NCBI RefSeq assembly: GCF_009914755.1
Contig: NC_060938.1
Length of the DNA stretch: 64,000 nt
Reading direction: 5' to 3' (one strand)
DNA from: the human T2T-CHM13v2.0 reference genome, Homo sapiens
Shown: piece after piece, positions 1 to 19,667 of the stretch
Position numbering within the stretch: the first letter of the stretch is position 1
Layout: each line of letters starts with the position of its first letter
Translations under genes and position numbers: made by a program
Notes under the pieces: generated by a model
The model's input: the letters and a program-made list of their open reading frames with translations, nothing else
What the model was told of the DNA's origin: nothing
Databases searched by the model: none

Positions 1-2343
<2,343 letters not shown>

Positions 2344-2799
2344 AAGGGGTCCTCTTTTTCACCGAGGCAAAGACACGGAGCCTCTTGAGTAAGTCACTCA
2401 AGGAGATAGCGCATGTGAAAGAGGGGAGTGGAATCTAGGCCTCCCGCCTCTGGCTGAATCCATTCCCGGGATCCCACCCAGCCCTTCACTCTCTCGGGAA
2501 TTTCCCAGAGGGGGATTCGGTGACCCCGATTGACCCAGTGTGTGCATTCACATCTTGTGTTAGCAGGGAGGCGGGCAGGAGTGTGGGAATGCTGACTGCC
2601 GCTGTCTGCGTGTCCCCAGTAATCAGCACACCATTCTCACCCATGCTCCCTCCCTACAGCCTAAAGGCTTGGATCAACAGGGCTGCCCCTGGCACATTTG
2701 TACAGCCTATTTCCCAGAGAGGCAGAGTGAAGGAGCTGGCATGTGGGCACCAGTTCACAACCTCCCACACCACACAAAAGACAAGCCCAGGTAATATCT

Positions 2800-3170
2800 A
2801 CTGTTGAAATAAAGCCTCGACCCCTGGCCTTGGCCTACAAACCCTAGCTGGCTGCCCCCGCTCTGATTTCATCTGGCCTCTTGCTCTCCCTTACCCACCA
2901 CACTGTGCTGCCTTGGCCCTCTCTCTGCTCCTTGAACAAGCCAAGTGAATGCCCCCTTCCCTCTACTGGAAGGTTCCTCTCCAGGATGTTAGAGGGTAGT
3001 TCCTCATCACTGCTCCTCTCAGATTAAATATCAGCTCCTGGAGTAGCCATCCCTGACCTCCAATCTAGAGCAGCCCTCCCTCACCCCAGTCATGACTCTA
3101 ACACACCACCCTGTTTCATCTTCATAAAACAGTTGACATCATCTTGTTATTGATTTGTTTGCTCGTGTAA
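2800..3170. mobile_element. L2 fragment
   Basis: L2-like 3' segments (ctccttgaacaagccaag, aaatatcagctcc). Confidence 0.5.
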
Positions 3171-5299
3171 CTGAATTTTTTAATGGGCTGAACCTAAAGA
3201 GGGACTATCCAGAAACTGCTCCACTACTACCTTCAACCATATTATGGTAAATTTCCCTTTCCCACCCTTAATGACATCTCAGGCAGAGTCCTTGGCTTGA
3301 GAGGTCATCCCTACCAGACACGAGAACTATTCTATTAATATAATTAAGACCCATTTTCAGACACAAAAAGTCTGCTCCTGTCCAGATCAAAATCTCATCC
3401 AAGTTAATCAATATCACATCCCATTTAATAGTCCTCCTCTCCCCTGTCCCTTTGCTAGAGATCCTGCAGTGGTGAGAGTGGGGTGTGGTCTGTTTTCCTG
3501 ACCTCCCTTTTCTGCTGTGGCTCCTCTTTGTCAAGGCTGGGAGAGAGGTGTTAGAGGAAAAGTAGCAAAGTCTTATGTGACAGGTACCCTTGGTTGGCAG
3601 GTGCCAAGCGCTGGCTTTTTCATGGGCACATATGTGGGTTTTTGGGAGGTTCTCTACAGGACCTCCACCCTGAGTTGCCATAGCAAATTACTCTCTGGCC
3701 AACCTCTCGGAGACCCCTGCATCCTCTGTCTCTCATAGGACTGTCCCACCTATGCCAGGCAAAACAATGGTGGGTTGGCCGCTCCTCACCCTGCCCACTT
3801 CTCACCTTGCCACACAGGCCACTCCAGCGAGGCTCCACGATCAGAATTCTCCAGACAGGAAGTGCACACAAGTCTCTTCATTTATGTACGTCCTCAATTC
3901 CTAAAGACATATGTTGGGTTCTCCCATGAACTGTCTTGCTGTAGTTTAATGCACCGAGGTGCCTGTAACATCCAGCAACATAGTCAGCATCAGTGGGGGG
4001 ACAGTTATAGGGACAGAGCCTCCTCTTCTTGCAGATGACTGGTTCTCTCTGGGAGCTCCCTTCATTTGGTTTGAGTTGGGGAGTTCCCTCAGGGGAAATC
4101 TCAGCCCTGCCCACAAATGCAGCAGTGTTATGCTTCAGTGACTTTCTTCAATCCCTTTCATTTGTAGACTGGAATTGAGGGATGTAGTTTGATTGCTGTT
4201 GAACCTGTTCTGCCTTTAGTAAGGTGTCTAGTACTTCTCTTCAGAATGCAAGAATATTTAGCCCTCATTGTTCTATCTTTGTGGCTTCAGCAGATATTCC
4301 AAGAGCAGAGGAAAAGTCCTATTCAACAACCTATAAAATCATTTCTTGTCTGACTTCCCAAACCACAATGACAGCTCTAAAGCAACAGATATCTTGTCTG
4401 CGTTGCTCACCACTGTTTCTGCAGAACCTAGAACAGCCAAGAAGTATGTGTGAAATGGATAGCTAACTGAATGAAGGACACAGTAATCCCATCAAGTGGG
4501 GAGGGCTGGTATCATTAGACCCATTTTAAGAGAGAGGAACTGAGTTCTGGGTGGCAGCTCCTGATCCAGGTTCATGTGCTTGCTGCCTTTGGGGCTGGCT
4601 CTAAAGATCTCCTTGAACCCTACCCCTTGCATTTGACCATGAATGCCCCTTAGTTCCCAGAATGCTGCGTTCTGTTCCTGGGATGCTGCTCCTTCACAGC
4701 TGTGGAAGCCCCAGGTCCACACTTACCTCTCCTTGCCCAGATATCCACCCACCTCTGTAGTTCTGGGCTCCCTTCCTCTCCCCGGAACCTACCCACTTCC
4801 TTCAGAAGCTCCCCTCTAGATCCCTCAAGACCCACCTCAGATCCCCGTGGGCCTCCGAAAGCCAGAAACCTTGGCATCATCTTCGTCCCTGAGCTATTTT
4901 TTCCTCCTGTGTGTCCAAGTCATTATTACTGCTCCGTCTCCTCCGTCTGCATTTCTGGAAGTCTGCCGCCCATTCATCCCTCACCCTTCGCCTCCGCCAA
5001 AACCCTCACGCAGACCAACTTTCCCTCACCATCGGGCGCCCCTTCCACTCCTCAGTGAGTACAAGTGGTCCTTGGACGTTCCCACCCTGTTCGCCTGGGG
5101 ACCATAACCCAGTTCATCTACTCCAAAGACTGGCATCTTCTACCCCATCCCGGCGCCACACTCTGTCCTGCCACCTACTTACTGCCCATATCTCCCTTAC
5201 CCTCTAACTGCTGGGACTGATTGCAGCTCTTCAGAATCTCCAATCCCACAAACACTTGAGTTTTGCTTTTTTTTTTTAACCTGCCAAAATCGATAGAGC

Positions 5300-5520
5300 C
5301 TACTTTAGTCCAAACGCCATACTAAGCATGTTACATCAATTGGCTGATTTAACCAACCAAAGGAGGCATTATGATTTCCACGCATACAAAGGAGGAAACT
5401 GAGGTTGGCAATGGCTACTGGCTTGCCCAAGATGGCACAGCTGATAAATAGCAGAGGCAGGATTCAAACCTGGATCATTTTCCACCTGAGCCCAAGCTTT
5501 TAAGGTTACACCGCCTTGCC
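5300..5520 (+). mobile_element. MIR
   Basis: gaggaaactgagg...cttgcccaag...gcagaggcaggattcaaacc core. Confidence 0.7.
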
Positions 5521-5657
5521 TCCACCCCGGGCTTGTAAGCCTGGAGCCCTCTTCACAATTGAATCATGACCTTTCCAACCACCCCACCACTATCACCACC
5601 AAAGGAGCTCTAGGGCATATCCCCAAATGCCCTCTTCCCTGCCTGCCAGCCCACTGT

Positions 5658-5686
5658 TCATGTACCTGGAGCTCATGTACCTGGAG
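5658..5686. repeat. 15-bp tandem duplication
   Basis: TCATGTACCTGGAGC TCATGTACCTGGAG. Confidence 0.9.
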
Positions 5687-6660
5687 ATGTGGAGTTATCA
5701 GAACTTTCTGCCACCCTTAATCCTCTTGGCCCAGTGAAAGAAGGGAAGCTGTTTCAGCATGGCCGCTGACTCACCGTGTGTCACTTCCCCACCCCCTGAT
5801 TAAAGCCTTCTCCCTCATTAGATCGCTGCTAAGCCTACTCACCCATCTCTTGGGTCTGGAGAGGAAAATCATCTCTGGAAAACCCGGCAGAGAGAGTCTA
5901 AAGGGTTGATAAAGAGATTCCAGCAGGGAAAGGTTTGCCCAGACACATGCCCCATGCAAGGGACAGCAGTCTCCTGGACTCCCAGGGCAAACTCACTGCT
6001 TTTCCATGTCTCACTGGAATAATGTTGGCAGCCAGAGGTCTACCAGAACCTGAGCTAATTTGGTAAATAAGGACCAAAAACAAGGGCCACATTTCGGCCC
6101 CCTTTGCTGAGACCCAGACTCCTGAAAGAATTCCAGGGATTTTTCTTGCTTGGAAGTAACTGGACCTCCAGCCCTGAATTCCTCTCCCCAGGAGAGCTTG
6201 TTCCCCTGCTCAGAACAAATAACACATTTCCTGGTTAATCAGAGGGCAGAATCGCTGAAGGAAAGTTTGATTGGGCCCCCAGCCTTCCAGACGGGAGCCG
6301 CTCATGGGCTTGGATGTTCTGCTCCAGACACTGGGCAGCTGGGACCCCAGCACTGCGCAGCCTCAGCCTCCAGTTTGGAAGGTGCAGGCCGTACAGAGAG
6401 GTGCCGACTCCCTCCTGTGTGAGGTTGTTAAGGCCCGCAAAGGCTGCCAGAACCATTCCACCTTAGGTGCCATGACCTGGCGTCCCCTCAAGAATTCACA
6501 ACCACCCTGCCCTGGTCTGCCGGTGCCTGTCTCCTCCAAGTGGGTATGACATGCTGGCTGGTGGTGATAGCCATGGTATGGATGTTCCTGCAAAGGTAAG
6601 GTGAGCTGGCCTGTATTTCAGAGTGTGCTGGAAAGGGCCCTCCCACAAACATGTGGTGAA

Positions 6661-6742
6661 CATTTACGTCTTCTGTGAGCGGAGCACAGTTCTGAGCTCA
6701 TTTCCGTCTTCTGTGAATGCAGCACAGTTCTGAGCTTCATTT
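6661..6742. repeat. ~38-bp tandem repeat, ~2.1 copies
   Basis: cattt(a/c)cgtcttctgtga....agcacagttctgagct x2. Confidence 0.85.
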
Positions 6743-6815
6743 GGCTTCTACTTTCTTATCTGAAAGTTGAGATAATGATGTTCTTTTTGCCATTTTTCTC
6801 TTCAGGACAAACTAG

Positions 6816-7197
<382 letters not shown>

Positions 7198-7199
7198 TT

Positions 7200-7420
7200 G
7201 GTATTTCTTGAGCACTCAAAAGGTACCAGGCACTGTGCCAAGTCATCTTATAGTCACTTCCTTGTTTAATGAGAAGCGCTATTGATGAAGGAAGTGCTAT
7301 TATTTCCCCACATAGCAGATGAGGAAATGAAGGCTCGGGGAAGTAAATGACTCATCCACAGTCACAAGCCAGTAGGTGGCTGCGCTGGGATTCACTCCTG
7401 GTTTGTCTGGTCCCAGATGC
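7200..7420 (+). mobile_element. MIR
   Basis: ccaggcactgtgcca...cagatgaggaaatgaaggctc...gtcaca. Confidence 0.75.
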
Positions 7421-10400
7421 TAAACCAATGCCAGCTTCCAGGGGAAGGGAGACCACCGACAGCTGCATTTTTCTCAGAGCTGGAAGCATGCACAGCTGTT
7501 TGTGGTGTGGTGGGGGTGCTAATGGCTGCATGGGACTGTGGTCACAGGTCAGCCCCCACCAAGCATCCCCCATTCTCCTCAGGCCTGTTTACCAGCTAGG
7601 GGTCCGCTCTGAGTCAGGGCGGTGAATCTGATTCGCACCCACAGAGAAGAAGGAAGGAAGTCACAGCCACACTCACCCCACCTCCATCAAGTAGTCTGCA
7701 GTTGCTGAATAGAGCTCATCTCAACTCGTAGCTTTTCTCTTTGGGAAAGAGAAATGACATACATACAATGTCTATTTAGCTCTGTGTGGTAGAGGTGTTG
7801 CCATTCCCATTTCACAAGCCCAGAGGGGTAGTCGCTTGCTCAAGGCCACACAGCTGGGAGTTGAGCCAGGATTCAACTAAAAAGTCTGAACAACTCCAAA
7901 GTCCATGCTGTTTTCCCTGCAGCACACTGCACTCACACCAGGGTGTCCTGCAATGATGGGAAATGGGCAGCTCTTTCAAATCACTTAGTTCACTTCGCTT
8001 CCCTTCATTTCCAGTCTCTGGTGCATGGGTGGGCTGATCTGAAAGCTCCGTGCCATTCACTATAAGCTGAGATGTCATTTCCTATTTACCTGCATAAATT
8101 CCTTCAGTCCCTGGCTGGGGGTGGAGGGGTGGAGGAATCTTCTAAACCCCCGGGGGAGCCTGAAGCATAACTTCTCCTCAAGCACAGTCTCTGAAGACCT
8201 GAGCAGGACAACAGTGTGAGCAGCTGGAAGACCTCCTCCCTGTAATTCCTCCCAGTGAGACCAAGGGGACTTCATATGCTCTGCTGGAGGTGGAGAGAGT
8301 TACCCAGATGGGGAGAGCTCATGTACCTGGATTATTCTTTCAAAATCCCCAGGAAGAAAACCCTGTGGGCTGGGGGATTGTGCAGGCCTATCTAGGCTTC
8401 TAGAATGGCTGTGCAGGAATTTGAGGACAAAAAAGGACAAGAAGCAGCTTCCCTTGGCTGTCGCTGGCATCTTCCAGCCTGTGCCCACCTTGGCTTTGAG
8501 CTGGGTCATAGTAACACTCCTCACACCCTGAGGGATGAGGGATGCAGGGGCAGAGAGGAAGGTCTACAGTAGGGTCTTTCCTAAAACAAGCTCTCCCCAG
8601 GGAGGCCTGCAAGCCAGCTCCCTCTCACTCTCCATTGTCAAGACAAAGAGAGGAAGAGGATGCCTTCTGCCATCATCCCCTGAGTCCATTTTCCCTGGAT
8701 CATCCATGGAGAGTGGGGGCTCAATGATGTTTGCCCTGGTGCCCCCAATACCCTCTCTAGGGCCCCAGTCCCTCAGGAACAGACCCAGACCTGGCAAATC
8801 CCCAGGAAAGGGCACAGACACCAGGCTGAGGGGGCAGGCGAGGTGCAGCAGATCCCAGTGGGCCCCGGCTAGTCCTAGTCTGAATGACTCATTCCTTGTT
8901 TCCGTCCACTGTGGTCTGAGTGCCTTGGCCCAGGGGCCCCCAAGAGGTTGTAACACAGGCTGGCCTCTCGCCCATCAGGGCTCAGCAGACAAAAATTAAA
9001 GATCTCACTCCTCAGGAACTCACACAGACAGCACAGGCATGCTCTGTACTCTGCCTCACCAGACCAGACCTCAGGCCAGAGGAGGCTGATGGCCAAGAGA
9101 GGAAGGAAAGTCGTCTCCAGCTGCTCCTCCTCCTCTTCACCCCCCATGACCTGCCATGAAGGCCTGGCCCTGCCCACTGTCTTCTTACTCCCCCTCTGGT
9201 CCTCCGCCTAACAGTGGTGGTGCCAGCGGCATCTCCTCAGCTCTGTTCCGTTCCTCCCCATTTCTGACTGAAGACAACAGCAAAGGTGAAACAGCCTGTG
9301 CCTCCCAGGAGGAACAGACTTATAGGGAACTAACCATACATTTTCTGGCAGCCCATTTCTGATTAAGTCACTCACCTGCTCAACAACCTTCAATGGATCC
9401 CCACTACTTCACAAATCAATCCCAAACTTCTTACTGGGTTTGACACACAAGCTTGTTTCATAACCCTCCCAGCCATGTATGCTGACACTCCGCACAGTCT
9501 CACCCTCTCAGAATCCCACCCAGTTTCCTCTCCCCCATCCCCTCACCCAAACACCTTGGCTGACATTATTTCCTTGATCTGGAATGTTCTTCACCACCCC
9601 TGCCTGTTTGTTTAAACTCCCATTTTAAAGGCCGCCTCTTCCATGAAGACTTCCTGGGCACCTCCCTCCATCTGGAAAGTTTGCTGCTTCCACCAAATCC
9701 CTGTAGCCCTCAACGTACTGCACTCTGCTCTGCATGACTAGTCCACAGCTATGGGTCCTGGAGTAGTAGGAAGAACAAGGGGCTTTGTGGTTCTAACCTC
9801 AGCACCATCATTTACCAGTTATGTGGCCTGGGCTAAGTGACTCATTGAGCCAGTTTCCTCACCAAGACAATAGAGATCCAATAGATACCTTTCTAAACAA
9901 TGCCTAGAAAAAGCAACTGTACTTATCAGTGACATAACACTCCAGGCCACAGTGGATTGAACCAAAGATAAGCACCTGAGCCACAGGCAGCCCTTTCACT
10001 GGCCAGTCAGTGACCTAAGATTTCTGTGGGCTGACTTAAATACAGACATCATTGGTTGCTGAACAAATGAGATTCTCTCTGAAATTTCAACTAAGAAACT
10101 TTACTTTGAAAGCCAACCCCCTGGGATTAAAACAGACAAGTCCATGTTCCCTAGAGCTTACAGCCCAATGGAGCTCGTATAACCACACCGCAATAAAGCC
10201 AGAGAGGTGGAGTGACTTGCCCAGGGTCACACAGCTAGTCAGTTACACAGAGAAGGCTAGAGCTCAGGTCTCCCCACCAGGGCTTGGTCTAGGTTGGTTG
10301 GCTTCTACTACAGGATCAAAAGGATGGACCCTGAACTGATTGCCTACAGAAGGCTGAAGAGGCACCAGCCATACCCTATGTGAACCTATGCTAGGCACAT

Positions 10401-11519
10401 GGGCGGCTTTGGTGCAAAGAATTCTTCCATTCCAAGCAGTCATTAAAACCAAAGTCAGATCATGTCTGGGAGCAGACTCCAGTTGGAATTCTGTGTCTGC
10501 CCTTAGTACATCTTTCTGATCACACCCCTTCCCCTCCCTGGGCCTCAGATTCCTCATCTACAAAAAGAAGATTTTTACAAATTCCCTGTCAACACTAAGA
10601 TTTTGATTTGAGCAGCAGACAGATAAGGAGAGCGTGTGGATCCAAGGAACTGCAGGGTCCACAGAATGTGCATGTGGAGGGGACTCCCCGAGATAGGCCA
10701 TCCCATTTCTTCAATTTATGGCAGGGCAAACTGAGGCCCAAAGAGGGAGAGATGCTGGCCCAAGGTCATGTGACTGGTTATTGGCCAGCACTTGAACCAG
10801 GGCCTCCTGACTCCCAGGCCTTTCAACTCTTTCAGCTGCTGCAAGAAGCTGGGAGCTATCTGGCCGTCTGGGCCAGGGAAGCCAAGAGTCACTATGCATG
10901 TCAGGGCAGGGCCTCGGGGCTTGGGAACATCTCTGATGGTGAGTGTACGTGGCAAAGCTGCTGGTGGAGAGGGGTGGCTCGAGGGTCCCGGAGGGCGTAT
11001 TGGAGATGAGCTGTCAGCAGCTTCCCTCCTCTGGCTGACAAGAAGAAACAGGGAAGGGTCCATGATGGTTGAAGGGAAACAGTCCCCATTTCTGATAAAG
11101 CCACTGCTCCATGGAGTGCCCCCCGCAACTCACACACACACTATCCACCCCTGCCTGGCTGCTGAGACCTCCCACCCGCAATCTCCGTCTCAGGTTGTGT
11201 ATTGGTATCCTCAGGCACACTATTTTGTGAAGCCTGGAATTCCTTTCACTGCCTGAGATGCTTCCAAGCACCCATTTCTAAAATTCAGCCTGTTTGGCTG
11301 GGATCATGATGCCCTCCCATTCCACAGACATTTTTTGAGCACCTAATATGTGTCAGGCACTGTGCTAGGCACGGGGACAACTTCACTCCCTTTGTGATGT
11401 TAAGTGCTTCCATAGGGGAATTGACACAGCCTTTTGGACTTACTGAAAAACTGCTAATTGTGCGAGGAGGGGCTTGGTTGGAGAGCATTTCTCAGAAAGT
11501 CATGACTCTGACTTAAATC

Positions 11520-11803
11520 TTTTTTGAGACAGGGTTTTGCTGTGTCATCCAGGCTGGAGTGCAGTGGCACAATCACAGTTCACTGCAGCCTCAAACCAAG
11601 GCTCAAGAGATCCTCCCACCTCAGCCTCCCAAGCAGCTGGGACTACTGGCATGCACCAGCACACTCGGCTAATTTTTGTATTTTTCGTAGAGACAGGGTT
11701 TCACCATGTTCCCTGGGCTGGTTCCAAACTCCCGAGCTCAAGTAATCCATCCTCCTCGGCCTCCCAAAATGCTAGGATTACAGGTGTGAGCCACCACGCC
11801 TGG
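11520..11803 (-). mobile_element. Alu (AluJ-like)
   Basis: Full dimer flanked by TCTGACTTAAAT. Confidence 0.9.
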
Positions 11804-11810
11804 TTTCTGA

Positions 11811-12128
<318 letters not shown>

Positions 12129-12347
12129 TAAATCTTAAAGTCTAAGAAGCAGTTTAGCATATGGGGAAGGGTGGGGCATGCCAAGGCAAAGGCAGTGAAC
12201 GTGCAAATCCTGAGTGACTGGAAGGATTGCAAGAAGCTTGTATGGCTGAAGTTTCCATAGAAAGAAGGTTATGGAAAGGGAGGAGGCTGGAGGGGAAGGC
12301 TGGGGCTAATGCATGTGGAGCTTAGCTCTAACGAGCTCCTTCGCTCA

Positions 12348-12683
<336 letters not shown>

Positions 12684-13711
12684 ATCTTTTTCCCACATCC
12701 AAGCCACCAGCTGGCCCCAGAGTGGGCAGACAATTACCTGGAATTCTGAAACTGATGTCTTCTGGTTAACAGGGAGGTCACTTGGGTGAGGAGGAAGCAG
12801 CATGATCTTAATCTCATCAACCCTCACTAAAGCCACCCCAAAATAAACATCTAAACATAAAGTCGTACAGATGCCAGACAGGTATTTGCCATGCTTAAAA
12901 CAATGCCCAGTCCTGCTTCCCAGCACTGCATCCCCCCATGGCTTCTCTTTTCTAGAAAGTGAGGAGCTGCCAGTGCAACAGCTCTGGCCTGGCCCCTGGG
13001 CTCCTGCCGCCATGACCCACTAGCCAGACTGTGTCTCTTCCTTGCCCCAGCTACCTCCACTTTTCTAAACCCTCTCTGAATTTCCTACTCCCTTTGGACC
13101 CCCCGGGTTCCTCTGGGGACTCAGCCTCAGTCAGGCTCTTGTCCCCAGTCACTCATTCTTGCTGGGCCTCAGGTTCTTCTCTGATCCCATAAGCTCAAGT
13201 TGAAGTTATATCATGCCGGGTGTCACAATATACATCTCCAAGCCCACCTGCTCTTCGGCCTCCCTCATAGCTTTGCTTCATAGATAGAGAAGCCTTATGT
13301 GCTTGACATCAAACAGATACCTGAGGAGTGCCTGGTGCATTTCAGCCATTATTTCTTGAGTATCCCTTTGTCAGGCATCAGAGTTGCCAAGAAGAATAAG
13401 GCTAAGGACGGTCCCTACCCTCAAGCAGCTGCCAGTATAGTAGGAAAGGCAGACAGTACATATCATGGTAAGTGCTGTGAGTGAGATAAGATCAGGGTAC
13501 AATGTGAATACAAGGACAGGGTACCTAATCCAGCCTGGGAGCATAGGATGGTCAGGGAAGGTCCTAGAGAAGATGCTGTCTGAGCTGGGGCTGGAAGGCT
13601 GGGCATGTCTCAGCCAGGAGAAGGTGAAAAGGCTGAGGAAGAGAAGGCAAAGCTGTGATTACCAGAGCCAGGTTCACACAAACTAAACCACACCCCATTC
13701 AACCCCGTTTC

Positions 13712-13998
<287 letters not shown>

Positions 13999-14269
13999 CC
14001 AGTTCCTTTTTCAATAGGGTTCCTGACCAGAGAAATGTTGTCCTATTTTTAATGATATTCAAATGAAATGGAAATGATATTCAATGTGGATAGGCTGAGA
14101 AAATGTGGAGCTCATGGTAATGCAATTAGGCATATGTGTAGATGTTTAAACAACCATTCCCCACATTGATGAATGAATGGAGGTCATTGAGACCTATAAA
14201 CATGCATGAGACAGGGATGTAACCTACACAAAACTTCTCACAATTTTGAGATCAGAAAAATAATTTTTA

Positions 14270-14582
<313 letters not shown>

Positions 14583-14738
14583 TAATTTTTATCAAATTTT
14601 CACATGACGTAGAACTAGAAGAATAAATGATAAAACTGGATGATAGAAGCAAAATATAAACTGATCTTATCTAGAAATTTAATAGAGATAAGTAAAAAAG
14701 TCTTACATCTTGGTCCAGATAAATTAATAATTAACTTA

Positions 14739-15087
<349 letters not shown>

Positions 15088-15125
15088 TCAAAATAAACTA
15101 ACAATACAACTTCCTTAAAGGTCTA

Positions 15126-15449
<324 letters not shown>

Positions 15450-15454
15450 GTATA

Positions 15455-15625
15455 TTTAAGGGCGAGGGTTAACAGTAAATGGGCATCACATCTTATTGGG
15501 ATGATAAAATGTTCCAATATTGATTTACAGTGATGGTTGTAAAACTTGGTAAGTTTACTAAAAATTGAATTATGCACTTGAAAATGGTAGATTATATGAT
15601 ATACAATATATGCCTCTATAATTTT
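15455..15625 (+). mobile_element. Old L1 (L1M) 3' fragment
   Basis: gggatgataaaatgttcc...gtgatggttgtaaaact...gaattatgcacttgaaaatgg. Confidence 0.65.
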
Positions 15626-15648
15626 TTTTATAAGAGTTAAGAGTTTCA

Positions 15649-16282
<634 letters not shown>

Positions 16283-16471
16283 GGAGTTTCGTACTTCAAG
16301 GTTGGGGAAAGGAGAATATCCTGCAAAGGAGATAATGAAGAAAAGTCCGAAGTGGAAAGGGGAAGTGCCATAGAACCCGATGAAAGAGACATTTTAAAGA
16401 AGGAAACTGTGGCCAACTCTAGGCAAAGCCACCGAGGTGTCACATAAAATGGAAACTTAATAGTTTCCATT

Positions 16472-16766
<295 letters not shown>

Positions 16767-17510
16767 TAGTACTTTATTTATCACAGTGGAGTTCACAATA
16801 GAGTTTCAGATTCAGGACTAGGAACAGCAAAAACATGGAAATACAGATTTCCGCTCTAGTAAATGCAGCACGTGGAGCTCTCCAACGGCAGGACAGATCC
16901 CACTGCTGAGTAATGAATGAGCTCTCTGACACCGGTAGTATTCAAAGAGAGCCTGGATGAGGCATTGTAGAAGGGATTTCTACATGGAAGGAAGATCTTT
17001 AAGGAGTACGAGTCTGTGAAAGGCCCAGGGTTTTCCTAAGATTTCATGACTTCTCTTTGCTGAAGACCTCTTCTCCACCCCTGGCCTTGGGCTCCTCATC
17101 TCAAGCATTGAGAGCTTGACCTGTGGGAAGGCAGAATGGCCCAGCCTCCTGAAGCCCCAGGGACCTCACTGCTGTTGGGTAGGGGTCCTTCAACCTCTGA
17201 TGGCTCCCTTGAGTAATGAGCTAGCCCAGGGGTGGGTGATCACACAACAGCAGGTTTTCCCAAAGTCAGTGGAGAGAACTGAGTAATCCTGGGAGACCAG
17301 GAGAAAGAGACTGAAGGGCAAGGGAGATGGCATGGGAGGACTGGTCCTCCTTTTTAAATATGTGGGGCCAGCTGTCTTTGTGTCTCTGCCTCACCCTCAC
17401 ACAACATTTCCCCAGGGATAAGATGTGGGAAGGAGAGGCTACAAGATGAAGTTCATGGTAACTGTGTGGAGGGTTCCTGAGATAGGAAGAGGAGGAGGAT
17501 ATAAAGCACC

Positions 17511-17637
17511 TAGCCAGGCATGGTGGTGCGCACCCATAGTCCCAGCTACTTGGGAGGCTGAGGTGAAAGGACTGCTTGAGCCCAGGAGTTTCAGAACTGG
17601 TCAACATAGCAAGACCCTGTTTTTAAAAAATAAAAAA
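17511..17637 (+). mobile_element. Alu monomer (FLAM-like)
   Basis: Single ~130 bp arm. Confidence 0.75.
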
Positions 17638-18600
17638 CTTGGAATGCTGTGTGGAGCTTCTGCACTGCTTGAGCTGCTGATGGTCAGGTCTGTGTCAGCT
17701 GGCATTGTTCCAACATGAACTTTGAACCCATAGCAAAGGGGAAGGAATCCTTGACAACTCCCAGAGTGGGCCTGACAAGCTACGGTGCTGCCTGGTCACC
17801 AAAAAGGACACACAAGAGGCAATCCATTCTCCCAGCCAACATTTCCTGGGCATCTTCTATGTGCCAGGCCCCCTGACAGAGCTTGCAGTCGTTCATTCTG
17901 CTCATTCATTAATACGAGGAAACTGCCCCAAAACTGCAAGGAAAATGCCAACCAGGCTAGGTAACAGAGCTGAAGGAAAAAGAGCCAAGTGCATGCTTTG
18001 AGCCTGCCTCATGAAGTCAAGTCAAACATCTTTCTTTCTTGTCTCTGTACAAGAACTCCAGCTGGGGAGGAAGGAGGAGGTGACAGCAACAGTACATGCT
18101 TCCCATTGTACAGATGGCAATCTTGATCTCCGAACTGCTGCATGCCCAGCCACAGGGGGCATCCCATGTGACAAGGAATTAGAACTACACTGCTTCCTAA
18201 TACTATATTTCGTGGCAGGAGGAGTTGGAACCAAGGGACCTCAGGTTACTCTCCCAGGATGTGGGAGGGGAAAGGTAAAGGTAGTGTGAAGTGGGCCTCA
18301 GCAGAACCTCAGAGCCAAAAGGAACTCCGGGGACCATCTGACCTGCAGCCCCTCCACCCCCAGCCCCCATTCCACAAACAACCATCCCATAGCCCATATT
18401 GCTCCCCTGGGTTCCAGGAGACAGTGTCCCAGGTTTTGCCTTCTCTGGTCTTTTCTTCCACATGCCCTGAATCTAAGGAAACACTGGGGCCCATCAGGCT
18501 CACAGATGACTGTGTTCCCACTTCCACACCAAATGGTACCAGCAGCACATATCAGCTGGGAGCAGTGGCTTTCAAACCTTTTAACCACAACTCATACTAA

Positions 18601-18934
<334 letters not shown>

Positions 18935-19337
18935 TGATTTCACAACCCACATGTGCATTTCAATGCCCACCTGGGCTAGAGGTACAGGCTCAGCTGCCGG
19001 AGTCCTTAACAGAGGTGGGGATAACTAAGGGCAAACCAAGAGGGTAAGGCATGAAGGAGCAGCAGGATGGGCAGTTTATATGTCCCCAGAAGAAAGGCCT
19101 TGGAACCCCTCAGCCTGAAGAAAAAGGAGGCCAAGGGCAGGCTCTGTCAGATCTTCACCTATACCAAGGCGTTTTCTTCATTTGCTTGTTTGTCCCATAT
19201 AGAAGACAGTGAGCGGTATTCTTCACACTGAGCACAAGAAAAGGGGAGTTGACAAAAACTGCAGTGGAAAATAAGTCAGTGCAACACAGGCTGGGTGGGT
19301 GAGTATGTGCAGGGAGTGAGGGCAGCAAGAGATTCTA

Positions 19338-19667
<330 letters not shown>

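Noticed and set aside
6661-6742. 38-bp repeat as a CRISPR-like array
   Set aside because: Two adjacent copies without spacers in a primate genome; an ordinary tandem duplication.
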